64,000 nucleotides of DNA, taken from Ranitomeya imitator. Its lineage: Eukaryota. The translations under genes and the position numbers were made by a program. Shown piece after piece: positions 1 to 9,559 of this stretch (the stretch's first letter is position 1; the number at the start of each line of letters is the position of its first letter). The notes under the pieces are model-generated. The model was given only the letters and a program-made list of their open reading frames with translations, was not told the DNA's origin and did no database searches. The stretch is from positions 280,550,001-280,614,000 of the forward strand of contig NC_091282.1 in the NCBI RefSeq assembly GCF_032444005.1. The letters run 5' to 3'.

Positions 1-439
1 ACCGCAGGTGAGAACTTTCAGGGAGTCTCCCACATGGTACCTCCATACAGAGCACCCTTAGATGCCTGGGACCTTAACTTGGTTCTAGGTGTTCTACAGG
101 AATCTCCCTTTGAACTATTACAGGACGTGTCTCTCACCTCTCATGGAAGGGTCGCCTTCCTGGTTGCGGTAACCTCAATCAGAAGAGTTTCGGAGTTGGC
201 TGCTCTGTCCTGCCGAGCTCCCTTTCTAACCTTTCATCAAGATAAGGTGGTTGTCAGGCCATCCCCGCCCTTCCTACCAAAGGTTGTGTCTTTTTTTCAT
301 CTTAACGAGGGCATAGTCCTACCCTCGTTCTGCCCGGCTCCGGTGCACCGTGTGGAGAAAGCGGAGTGTAGCTGAGTGTGATCTTCACACTTTGGATCTT
401 GTGAGAGTTCTCAGAAGGTATGTTTCGAGAACAGCCTCT
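1..439 (+). mobile_element. Older DIRS1-like element, tyrosine recombinase gene 5' part (degenerate, interrupted by younger DIRS)
   Basis: ORF 34-375 has YR motifs (WDLNLVL, TSIRRVSEL, FLPKVVS..F). After a small insertion the frame continues HTLDLVRVLRRYVSRTAS to 439 and resumes at 5860. Confidence 0.9.
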
Positions 440-542
440 TTCTCAGTCGCCCATGACAGCACTACCAGAGAGAGGGAATCCGCCCTTCAGGACAGGAAAC
501 CTACAGGATAAAAAGGGCGGTACCTCTCTCCTGCGTCAGTTT
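440..542 (+). repeat. DIRS left inverted terminal repeat
   Basis: TTCTCAGTCGCCCATGACAGCACTACCAGAGAGAGGG...CTGCGTCAGTTT is the reverse complement of 5728-5830, apart from the outermost bases. Confidence 0.95.
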
Positions 543-986
543 TGTTTCCTGTCCTGACAGGGAACCCTCTAGGATGGTACCTGAGATCCGGAGCCGACCA
601 GTCGACCTATGACGGCGGGGAGGCCCCTGTCACGGCTGGCACAGTGTCCGACGCCGCCACTGCTGGGTCCGATGGGGCTGCAGAGTGCGCGGAGGGAAGC
701 GCGGCCGCCTCCCCGGATTGGGGTAGGGGCTTCGGGGACCCGGTTTGCCTCGGGCAGAGGCACTTCCTGATTCGGAGCGGTGGCCTGGTGTGTGAAGGAG
801 CACCAAGATGGCCACCGCACCGGATATAGAGAACACTACTTCCGGGTCCCGGACAGAGCGCGCATGCTCAGTAATCCAAGGGGGATCAGCGCTTTCCTGG
901 GACGCAGCCCTGGAGGAGGGGGTGAATCGGCGTATAGTATTTAAGCACCGCTGTGGAATCACTCTTTGCTGCTTGCGGTCCTAATA

Positions 987-1267
987 ATGGAGGACAGCGA
1001 CCAGCAGCTCCAGCAGGTGCAGGCCTTACAGCAGCAGCAGCCACCGCAGCAGCAGCAGCAGCAACGTCAGCGTCAGCGTCACCACCAGCGCAAGCCAGAT
1101 GACCAAAAGAAAAGGTCCTCTGCAGGCACCTGCAGCACTCGCTCCAGTAGCCATTCCACGCCGCGGAGTAAAGCCAATATGCTTAACCAGCCGACACCAC
1201 AGACTTCGGATCTGATACAGGATCCTATACCTCCTCCAGAACCGGTACCTGTGGCTGCGCAAGATGG
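987..1267 (+). CDS. DIRS gag (ORF1) putative first exon, Gln-rich
   Basis: ATG at 987 in ORF 966-1271 (MEDSDQQLQQ...). Ends at a strong donor GG|GTGAGT (1268). Same frame as downstream gag. Confidence 0.55.
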
Positions 1268-1328
1268 GTGAGTGATCTTCGTGAAAGTTCACCAAATAAT
1301 TGGGGTCCCCCTTTCCGTTTGTTTTTAG

Positions 1329-2561
1329 GCAAGAAAGAAAACGGAGAAAACTAAGAATAGAGTCTGCCCCTTATGCAGTGAACCCCTGTTGCAAAACTGG
1401 GATAAGAAATTATGTGGCTCCTGTATAGGACAAGTCCTGTGTGAAGAAACACCTAGTTTCGCCTCTGAATTGCGATCTGTAATAAGATCAGAGGTGGAAA
1501 CAGCATTTAAATCTCTTAAAGGGGAAGGGGTCAAGGAAAAAACACCTGTGCCCTATTCTCACTCCGATTCTTCTAGTTCTGAGGGGGACGCTTCAGACAG
1601 ACAGGGTTCCTCCTCCTCCTCGGATTCTGAGAGCGGAGGCCGCCACTGCTTCCCATTAGACGAAGTAGATGCCCTTGTAAAGGCCGTAAGATCAACCATG
1701 GGGGTTGTAGATCCACGTCCTGACAAAACAGTACAGGACATTATGTTTGGGGGCCTAGGGCAAAAAAGGCGCAGAGTCTTTCCACTTAATGAGAATATTC
1801 AAGCATTAATTAAGAAAGAGTGGGAGAAACCGGAAAGGAAAAATTCATCCGTGCCCTCCCTTAAAAGAAAATATCCCTTCGAGGAAGAGGCTTCTACGTC
1901 ATGGGACAAGGCTCCAAAACTCGACGTAGCAGTAGCCAAAGCGTCAAAAAAATTCGCATTGCCCTTTGAGGACATGGGAACCCTGAAGGATCCCCTCGAT
2001 AAAAGAGCTGATACTTTCCTTAAAGGGGCATGGGAATCGGCAGGGGGGTGTCTAAGGCCTGCAATAGCAGCCGCATGTACTTCCAGATCTTTAATGATTT
2101 GGATAGATAACTTGGAAAAGCAACTAAAAGACGGCATATCTAGACATAAAATGATTGAATCAATTCCCATGATTAGAGGGGCGGCAGCCTTTTTGGCAGA
2201 TTCATCAGCCGATTCAATCAAACTTGCTTCAAAATCGGCAGCCTTGTCCAATGCAGCTCGTAGGACGCTGTGGTTAAAAAGCTGGCCGGGCGACCTACAG
2301 ACCAAACAAAAACTCTGTTCAATTCCATGTGAGGGGAAATTCTTATTTGGGGAAACCCTAGATGACATCTTACAAAAAGCAGGGGATAAGAAGAAGGGGT
2401 TCCCTAACCTAGCCGCACCATTTGTTAGACGGCCCTTTCGGAGTAGGAAGTTTTTTCGGAGACGTCCCCCAAGGGAACAGAACAGATGGGATGATGGGAG
2501 AAGGAAGGATAGGGGCTTCCTCTTTGGTAATTCCCCAAGAGATAAAAAACCCCCTAAGTGA
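1329..2561 (+). CDS. DIRS gag (ORF1) main part
   Basis: Open from 1329 with CxxC...CxxC (CPLC...CGSC) and DIRS gag motifs (LKDPLDKRAD, ARRTLWLKSW, FLFGETLD). Confidence 0.9.
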   Translation, partial: ARKKTEKTKNRVCPLCSEPLLQNWDKKLCGSCIGQVLCEETPSFASELRSVIRSEVETAFKSLKGEGVKEKTPVPYSHSDSSSSEGDASDRQGSSSSSDSESGGRHCFPLDEVDALVKAVRSTMGVVDPRPDKTVQDIMFGGLGQKRRRVFPLNENIQALIKKEWEKPERKNSSVPSLKRKYPFEEEASTSWDKAPKLDVAVAKASKKFALPFEDMGTLKDPLDKRADTFLKGAWESAGGCLRPAIAAACTSRSLMIWIDNLEKQLKDGISRHKMIESIPMIRGAAAFLADSSADSIKLASKSAALSNAARRTLWLKSWPGDLQTKQKLCSIPCEGKFLFGETLDDILQKAGDKKKGFPNLAAPFVRRPFRSRKFFRRRPPREQNRWDDGRRKDRGFLFGNSPRDKKPPK

Positions 2562-4458
2562 CACCTCCCCCAGGGTGGGAGGGAGATTGTCTCAATACCT
2601 TCCGGCCTGGGAAAAAATTTCAACCAATACTTGGATTTTAGATCTGATAAAGATGGGGCTTCAAATAAACTTTACCTCCCTTCCTCCCCAAAACTATGTG
2701 GTCACCCCACTAAAACCCTCACCTCAGCAACAACAGGCCTTGGAACAAGAAATTTCAAAGCTCATAATGAAAGATGTGATCCAAGAAGTTCCCCTACTGG
2801 AGAGAGGCAAAGGGTTCTTTTCCCCACTATTTTTGGTCCCAAAACCGGATGGCTCTTTCCGCACAATAATCAATTTACGGAAACTAAACAGTTATGTAAA
2901 AAATCAATCCTTCAAAATGGAATCAATAAAATCAACAATAAAAAACCTGTTTCCGAATTGCTTCATGATAGTGTTGGATCTCAGCGACGCGTACTATCAT
3001 GTCCCCATCCACAAAAATGCCCAGAAATACCTCAGACTAGCGGTAGTTATGGGAGGAGAAATAAAACAATACCAGTACAAGGCCCTTCCATTTGGCATCT
3101 CGGTAGCGCCTCGTATATTTACCAAATTGGTAGCGGAAATGATGGCCCACATAAGAGAAAAAGACATTATAATAATACCGTATCTGGACGACTTCCTGAT
3201 TGTCAGCAACTCAGCCCAACATTGTCGCCAACAATGCGACAGAGTGATAAAAATCCTAACAGAGTTAGGTTGGCTCCTAAATCTCCAAAAGTCAAAACTA
3301 GAACCGACCAGGGTTCAAGAGTTTTTGGGCCTCACTTTGGACTCGATAACACAGGAATGTCGTCTTCCAGACCAGAAAAAACAGAAAATATTAAATCTTG
3401 TGTCCAGAGCTCGTTCAAACCCTCATATGACCCTGAGAGGGGCGATGTCACTGCTGGGGTCCCTTTCTGCTTGTCTCCCGGCAATACAGTGGGCACAAAT
3501 TCACACGAGGGATCTCCAGTGGGATATTCTGAGGAATCAGGTTACACTGGGGGGACACCTAGAAGGAAAAATGTCTCTAAATTCAAACACTATTCGTTCC
3601 CTAGCCTGGTGGTTAGATCCCAAAAACCTATCAAAGGGGGTTCCATGGGTGATAGACACATCTCGGATAGTTACCACGGATGCCAGTCCCACGGGGTGGG
3701 GAGCTCACCTGGACGACAGTATCACTCAGGGGGTCTGGACAGATCAAGAATACGAGGTATCTTCGAATCAAAAAGAACTTTGGGCAGTGAGTCACGCTCT
3801 ATCATATTTTCTTCCCAACCTACAGGGGCATCATGTCCGGGTTTTTTCGGACAATCAGGTAGTGGTAGCCTACCTGAACCATCAGGGGGGAACCAGATCC
3901 CAAGCCCTAATGAAGGCTACCTTCCAGATCTTCATCTTAGCAGAAGACAACTTCCTATCCCTCTCTGCGCTGCATATAAAGGGGGTAGAGAACCAAAAAG
4001 CAGACTTCTTAAGCCGTACCCGGTTAAAACAGGGGGAATGGGCACTAAACCAAAGCATCTTCGATCGCATTACCAAAATCTGGGGGGTTCCTGTAATAGA
4101 TCTCTTTGCCAGTGCAGAAAACAGGAAAGTAAGGGATTTTTGTTCTCTGAACCCCAAAGGGGGCCCTCGGGCTCTGGATGCATTTACGATTCCTTGGACT
4201 CAGGGTCTAACATACGCATTTCCTCCTCACATTCTTATTCCGGCTGTTCTGCGGAAAATCAGGCAGGACAGGGCGAGAATCATCCTAATAGCCCCCTTCT
4301 GGCCCAAAAGGGCCTGGTTTTCATGGCTGAGAATTCTATCGGTCTCCGATCCCTGGGTTCTCCCGGATCTTCCGGATCTCTTATACCAGGGACCGGTGTT
4401 CCACCCTCAGTCAGCAAACCTCCACTTGACAGCGTGGAACTTGAAAGGTCACTACTAA
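2422..4458 (+). CDS. DIRS reverse transcriptase / RNase H / adenine-methyltransferase-like ORF
   Basis: LDLSDAYYHV, LPFG, YLDD (RT); TDASPTGWG, FSDN (RNase H); IDLFAS...YAFPP (MT-like). First in-frame ATG at 2653. Confidence 0.95.
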   Translation: MLDGPFGVGSFFGDVPQGNRTDGMMGEGRIGASSLVIPQEIKNPLSDTSPRVGGRLSQYLPAWEKISTNTWILDLIKMGLQINFTSLPPQNYVVTPLKPSPQQQQALEQEISKLIMKDVIQEVPLLERGKGFFSPLFLVPKPDGSFRTIINLRKLNSYVKNQSFKMESIKSTIKNLFPNCFMIVLDLSDAYYHVPIHKNAQKYLRLAVVMGGEIKQYQYKALPFGISVAPRIFTKLVAEMMAHIREKDIIIIPYLDDFLIVSNSAQHCRQQCDRVIKILTELGWLLNLQKSKLEPTRVQEFLGLTLDSITQECRLPDQKKQKILNLVSRARSNPHMTLRGAMSLLGSLSACLPAIQWAQIHTRDLQWDILRNQVTLGGHLEGKMSLNSNTIRSLAWWLDPKNLSKGVPWVIDTSRIVTTDASPTGWGAHLDDSITQGVWTDQEYEVSSNQKELWAVSHALSYFLPNLQGHHVRVFSDNQVVVAYLNHQGGTRSQALMKATFQIFILAEDNFLSLSALHIKGVENQKADFLSRTRLKQGEWALNQSIFDRITKIWGVPVIDLFASAENRKVRDFCSLNPKGGPRALDAFTIPWTQGLTYAFPPHILIPAVLRKIRQDRARIILIAPFWPKRAWFSWLRILSVSDPWVLPDLPDLLYQGPVFHPQSANLHLTAWNLKGHY

Positions 4459-5468
4459 GGGCAAGGGGCTTTTCAGATAATTTAGTGTATACACTGTTAA
4501 AAAGTAGAAAATTAGTAACAACTAAGATCTACGGTAAGATCTGGAAAAAGTTTTTATCCACCTCTGGGGTGAAATTACAAGACGGGGTCCAAGTGGTCAA
4601 AATATTAGAATTTCTGCAAAAAGGCTTAGAGATGGGCCTCTCGGTGAGCACCTTAAAAGTGCAAATAGCGGCCTTAGGTGCATTATATAGTGAGAGTATT
4701 GCCTCTAACCCATGGGTAACAAGGTTTATTAAAGCTGCGATACGATCTAAACCTTTAAAAATCAGAAGCCTTCCATCCTGGGACTTAAATTTAGTCCTAT
4801 CAGCTCTGACAGAACCCCCATTCGAACCCATAGATTCATTACCACTTAAAATCTTATCTTTCAAAACGGCCCTTCTCACAGCTTTGACATCTGCCCGTAG
4901 AATTAGTGACCTCCAGGCTCTATCTGCGAACCCTCCATTCACACAAATCATGGATGATAGGGTAATACTAAAAACAGATCCCGCTTATCTACCCAAAGTT
5001 GCTTCCAATTTCCACAGGTCCCAAGAACTAATCCTTCCCTCCTTTTGTCCAAACCCTAAAAATAAAAAAGAGGAAAAGTTCCACACTTTAGATGTGAGAA
5101 GATGTTTAATACACTACTTAGAATCCTCCCGACAGTATAGGAAGGAAGGGTCTCTCTTTATCTGTTTTCAGGGACCTAGGAAAGGATTCAAAGCCTCCAA
5201 AAGCACTATAGCTCGCTGGGTAACTGATGCGATAGCCTTGGCATACTCGTCCACGGGAAACGCAGTTCCTGAAGGGCTCAAGGCGCATTCTACAAGAGCC
5301 ATGGCGACCTCCTGGGCCGAAAGGTCGGAGGTACCAATAGACAAAATCTGCAAGGCGGCCACCTGGTCATCACCTTCAACCTTCTCTAGGCACTACCGCT
5401 TAGACCTGGCCTCTTCATCTGACTTAGCCTTCGGAAGAAGGGTCTTGCAGGCTGTGGTCCCTCCCTAA
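2631..5468 (+). CDS. DIRS tyrosine recombinase ORF, overlapping RT ORF in another frame
   Basis: C-terminal catalytic residues R (SARRISDL), HSTR, W (ATWSS), Y (RHYR). About 1.8 kb of dual-coding overlap with the RT ORF. Confidence 0.95.
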   Translation: MDFRSDKDGASNKLYLPSSPKLCGHPTKTLTSATTGLGTRNFKAHNERCDPRSSPTGERQRVLFPTIFGPKTGWLFPHNNQFTETKQLCKKSILQNGINKINNKKPVSELLHDSVGSQRRVLSCPHPQKCPEIPQTSGSYGRRNKTIPVQGPSIWHLGSASYIYQIGSGNDGPHKRKRHYNNTVSGRLPDCQQLSPTLSPTMRQSDKNPNRVRLAPKSPKVKTRTDQGSRVFGPHFGLDNTGMSSSRPEKTENIKSCVQSSFKPSYDPERGDVTAGVPFCLSPGNTVGTNSHEGSPVGYSEESGYTGGTPRRKNVSKFKHYSFPSLVVRSQKPIKGGSMGDRHISDSYHGCQSHGVGSSPGRQYHSGGLDRSRIRGIFESKRTLGSESRSIIFSSQPTGASCPGFFGQSGSGSLPEPSGGNQIPSPNEGYLPDLHLSRRQLPIPLCAAYKGGREPKSRLLKPYPVKTGGMGTKPKHLRSHYQNLGGSCNRSLCQCRKQESKGFLFSEPQRGPSGSGCIYDSLDSGSNIRISSSHSYSGCSAENQAGQGENHPNSPLLAQKGLVFMAENSIGLRSLGSPGSSGSLIPGTGVPPSVSKPPLDSVELERSLLRARGFSDNLVYTLLKSRKLVTTKIYGKIWKKFLSTSGVKLQDGVQVVKILEFLQKGLEMGLSVSTLKVQIAALGALYSESIASNPWVTRFIKAAIRSKPLKIRSLPSWDLNLVLSALTEPPFEPIDSLPLKILSFKTALLTALTSARRISDLQALSANPPFTQIMDDRVILKTDPAYLPKVASNFHRSQELILPSFCPNPKNKKEEKFHTLDVRRCLIHYLESSRQYRKEGSLFICFQGPRKGFKASKSTIARWVTDAIALAYSSTGNAVPEGLKAHSTRAMATSWAERSEVPIDKICKAATWSSPSTFSRHYRLDLASSSDLAFGRRVLQAVVPP

Positions 5469-5486
5469 AGCAATGATCTCTGTAAT

Positions 5487-5570
5487 TCTCTCTGGTAGTG
5501 CTGTCATGGGCGACTGAGAATACGGTAGTTACTTACCGATAACGGTATTTCTCAGAGCCCATGACAGCAC
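5487..5570 (+). repeat. DIRS internal complementary region (ICR)
   Basis: 5487-5520 is complementary to the left terminus. 5521-5570 is complementary to the right terminus including its unique extension. Confidence 0.95.
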
Positions 5571-5727
5571 CTGCTTATTCCCACCCTATCACGTGTGCAG
5601 TGAGCACCTTATTATATGAAATGTGTGGTTTTAATTTAGACACGGTGTAATCTTGATAAGTATTTTGCTAAAATTGTATATTTTCCTGTTGTCACTAACC
5701 TGGAGGACCTCTGATGCTATGTAAACC

Positions 5728-5859
5728 AAACTGACGCAGGAGAGAGGTACCGCCCTTTTTATCCTGTAGGTTTCCTGTCCTGAAGGGCGGATTCCCTCTC
5801 TCTGGTAGTGCTGTCATGGGCTCTGAGAAATACCGTTATCGGTAAGTAACTACCGTATT
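5728..5859 (+). repeat. DIRS right inverted terminal repeat plus right extension
   Basis: Reverse complement of the left ITR followed by TACCGTTATCGGTAAGTAACTACCGTATT. Confidence 0.95.
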
Positions 5860-6626
5860 TCACCAGACAGACGCCATGTTTGTCCTTCTGGAGGTCCACC
5901 GGAAGGGATTGGCTTCTTCAAAGTCAACAGTAGCCAGGTGGATTTGCTCAGCTATTCAGGAAGCTTACCGTGTCAGAGGAAAACCTATTCCAGCGGAGAT
6001 CAAGGCACACTGCACTCGGTCGGTAGGTGCTTTGTGGGCCATTCGACATCAAGCGTCTGCAGAACAGGTTTGCAAGGCAGCGACCTGGTGTAGCCTGCAC
6101 ACTTTCTCAAAGCATTACAATGTCCATACTCAGGCCTCGGCAGATGCGGGTCTGGGCAGACGAATTCTGCAGGCAGCGATGACGCATCTTTAGACAGCGG
6201 GTACCTGAGGTTTACTATGTTCTTTCCCCACCCAGGGACTGCTTTAGGACGTCCCATGGTCCTGTGTACCCCCAGTGTGGCGAAGGAGAAACGGGGATTT
6301 TTGTGTACTCACCGTAAAATCCTTTTCTCCGAGCAACTCATTGGGGAACACAGCACTCACTCTGTTGGCCTGGCTATTTTTGTTGTTCTCTGGTTTTACA
6401 TGTTGTACCTATTGTTAGTGATTCTAATCTGCTACTGCTTGGTCACTGAACTGGTTCTGTCTAGAGCCAGAGGGTGGTGTATACTGCAGAGGAGGAGCTA
6501 ACCTTTTTTGTATTCACTTAGTGTCAGCCTCCTAGTGGCAGCAGCATACACCCACAGTCCTGTGTCTCCCAATGAGTGGCACGGAGAAAAGGATTTTACG
6601 GGGAGTACACAAAAATCCTTGTTTTA
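5860..6626 (+). mobile_element. Older DIRS element 3' part: YR C-terminus, ICR and right LTR
   Basis: ORF 5876-6193 (KSTVARWI, KAHCTR, AATW, FSKHY). ICR-like segment about 6250-6360 complements the terminal segment about 6550-6626. Confidence 0.88.
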
Positions 6627-7430
6627 GCACTCCAGTGGCTGTTTAAGCCAAAATTACACAGCAAAAGTCAAATAATGCTCCTTCCCTTTCATGCACTTCT
6701 CCTGAAATACAACAAATTGTTGGTTTTATTCTCTCCTGTTACCCTTATGAAATGAAAAATTGGACTAAAGCAACATTTTTATGGGGGGAAAAAACCTTTC
6801 TTTTTTTCGTGTCCCAATGCTATAAATTTCAATGACGCGCATGAGAGTTAAAATTGGCACTAGATAAATTTCTTGAGGGATGTAGATTCCAGAATAGGTA
6901 CCTTGTGGGGGTTTCTTCTTTTTCAGCATTTTGAAGGGGGGGGGGGGGGAAGGGGGGAATCTACTAATGCAGCTTAAATAGGGACTTCACTTCTCGGACA
7001 ACTCGTTCTCACCATATTTCTCCACGTAAAATAACAGCCTATACACCCCCCTCCAAAATGGAAATCTGGAAGAAGTCAGCAATGCTACTGCTCTCCAGAT
7101 GTCAGCTATATCTGAAGGAAGTGAGAGTGAAGCTGCTGAAAGGTTGTCAGCCAAGGTCCAATGACAAGAAAATGTCACGTGGTACCCGGCGCTGACATTA
7201 CTGGAACAGCATTGGCACCAGAAGTGAGTCCAGGCTGTTATTTTAGAAAGCAGTTGAGAAATGATTGTCTGAATAGTGGACTACTCCTTCACTCGGAATA
7301 TTTCAGCAAAAATTGATCTCCAAAAGTTAAATAGCTCTCCTTCCCTTCCTTGAAATGCTTTGTGCCCCAAAAGTTTATTTTTTCATTCCACTTTGCATTA
7401 GTTCCTGTGAACCAACTTAAGGGTTAACAA
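6627..7430. mobile_element. Degenerate remnant of TTAA-specific piggyBac-like repeat family
   Basis: Diverged copies of the ~390-bp internal unit; ends AAGGGTTAA near 7425. Confidence 0.5.
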
Positions 7431-7878
7431 ACTTTCTGACTGCAGTTTTGAATTCTTTGAGAGGGGCCGTAATTGACCCCTTACCAACCAGAGGTATTTT
7501 TGGTTTTGCATTTTCATTTTTTGCTCCCCTTCTTCCCAGAGCCATAGCTTTTTTAATTTTTTGGTTAAAATGGCCATGTGAGGGCTTGTTATTTGCGGGA
7601 CGAGTTGTGCTTTTGAACGACACCATTGATTTTGCCATGTCATGTACTCGAAAAAGGGGGAAAAAAAAATCCAAATGTGGTGAAATTGCAAAAAAAAAGT
7701 GCAATCTCAAGTTTTTTTTAGGGCTTTTTTCACTATGTTCACGAAATGCTAAAACTAACCTGACATTATGAATCTCCAGGTCATTACAAGTTCATAGACA
7801 CCAAATATGTCTAGGTTCTTTTTTATCTATCGTAAGTGGTGAAAAAAAAATCCAAAGTTTGTTAAAAAAAAATAAATA

Positions 7879-9135
7879 CTGTATATGCTCGAGTATAAGC
7901 CGAGATTTTCAGCCCAAATTTTTGGGCTGAAAGTGCCCCTCTCGGCTTATACTCGAGTCACGGTAGCGGTGGGGTCAGCGGGTGAGGTGGAGAGGGCGCT
8001 GAGGCATACTCACCTAGTCCCAGCGATCCTGGCGCTCCCCCTGCCGTCCCACGGTCTTCTGTGCTGCAGCTTCTTCCCCTCTTCAGCGGTCACGTGGGAC
8101 CGCTCATTAGAGAAATGAATAGGCGGCTCCACCTCCCATAGGGGTGGAGCCGCCTATTCATTTCTATAATCAGCGGTGCCGGTGACCACTGATAGAGGAA
8201 GAGGCTGCAGCACAGAAGATCGTGGGACGGCAGGGGGAGCGCCAGGATCGCTGGGACTAGGTAAGTATGTCATATTTACCTGTCCCCGTTCCAGCCGCCG
8301 GGCGCCGCTCCATCTCCCCGGCGTCGCTCCATCTTCCCGGCGTCTATCTGTGCTCTGACTGTGCAGGTCAGAGGGCGCGATGACGTATTAGTGTGCGCGG
8401 CGCCCTCTGCCTGATCAGTCAGAGCGGAGAGACCCCGGGACCGGACGCCGGAACGAGACGCTGGGAGCTGCAATCATCAAGAGAGGTGAGTATGGCTTTT
8501 TTTTTTTTTTTATTGCAGCAGCGGCACAGATTTATGTGGAGCATCTATAGGGAAATATGAACGGTGCAGAGCACTGTATGGGGCACAGCTATGGGACAAA
8601 AATGAACGGTGCAGAGCATATATGGGGCACAGATATGGGGCAATATGAACGGTGTAGAGCATATATGGGGCACAGATATGGGGCAATATGAACGGTGCAG
8701 AGCATATATGGGGCACAGATATGGGGCAATATGAACGGTGCAGAGCATATATGGGGCACAGATATGGGGCAATATAAACGGTGCAGAGCACTATATGGGG
8801 CACAGCTATGGGGAAATATGAACGGTGCAGAGCACTATATGGCAGAGCTATGGGGAAATATGAACGGTGCAGAGCACTATATGGCAGAGCTATGGGGAAA
8901 TATGAACGGTGCAGAGCACTATATGGCAGAGCTATGGGGAAATATGAACGGTGCAGAGCACTATATGGCACAGCTATGGGGAAATAATGGTCTATTTTTA
9001 TTTTTGAAATTCACCGGTAAATGCTGCATTTCCACCCTAGGCTTATACTCGAGTCAACAAGTTTTCCCAGTTTTTTGTGGCAAAATTAGGGGGGTCGGCT
9101 TATACTCGGGTCGGCTTATACTCAAGTATATACGG
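7879..9135. mobile_element. Tc1/mariner Tc2-type non-autonomous element
   Basis: TIR C(T/C)GTATAT(G/A)CT(C/T)GAGTATAAGCCGA with TA flanks at 7877-7878 and 9136-9137. Confidence 0.8.
8540..8985. repeat. ~42-bp minisatellite inside the Tc2-type element
   Basis: Repeated ATATGAACGGTGCAGAGCA...ATGGGG; causes the repetitive spurious ORFs. Confidence 0.9.
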
Positions 9136-9491
9136 TAATAAAAATTGGCACCATTTTCCAATACCCATAGCATCTCCATTTTTCGTGATCTCGGGTCGTT
9201 TAAGGGCATATTCTTTTCGTGCCGAGCTGATGTTTTTAAGGATATCATTTTGGTGCAGATACGATCTTTTGATCGCCCGTTATTGCATTTTAATGCAATG
9301 TTGTAGCGACCAAAAAACACCATTCTGGCGTTTTTGAATTTTTTTCTCATTATGCCGTTTAGCGATCAGGTTAATTATTTTTTTAAATTGATCGGGGGAT
9401 TCTGAATGCGGCGATACCAAATATGTGTAGGTTTGATTTTTTTTTTTGTTTTGTTTTTATTTTGAATGGGGCGAAAGGGGGGTGATTTTAA

Positions 9492-9493
<2 letters not shown>

Positions 9494-9550
<57 letters not shown>
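9494..9550. repeat. (TA)n microsatellite
   Basis: Direct reading. Confidence 0.95.

Positions 9551-9559
<9 letters not shown>

Larger units (their letters stand above)
440..5859 (+). mobile_element. Intact DIRS1-type tyrosine-recombinase retrotransposon
   Basis: Inverted terminal repeats, an internal complementary region, and gag, RT-RNaseH-MT and YR ORFs. RT and YR ORFs have no stops. Confidence 0.97.

Noticed and set aside
1799-2623. 274-aa antisense ORF over DIRS gag, and antisense ORFs over CR1 ORF2 (47458-48105, 58535-59182)
   Set aside because: Shadow ORFs of real coding strands; no motifs or start context.
6960-7260. Coding-looking segment with a GTGAGT donor
   Set aside because: Stops in all frames, no similarity to EP400 or a recognisable transposase; left unassigned.
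8510-9138. Repetitive ORFs on both strands
   Set aside because: Translations of the ~42-bp minisatellite in a MITE.
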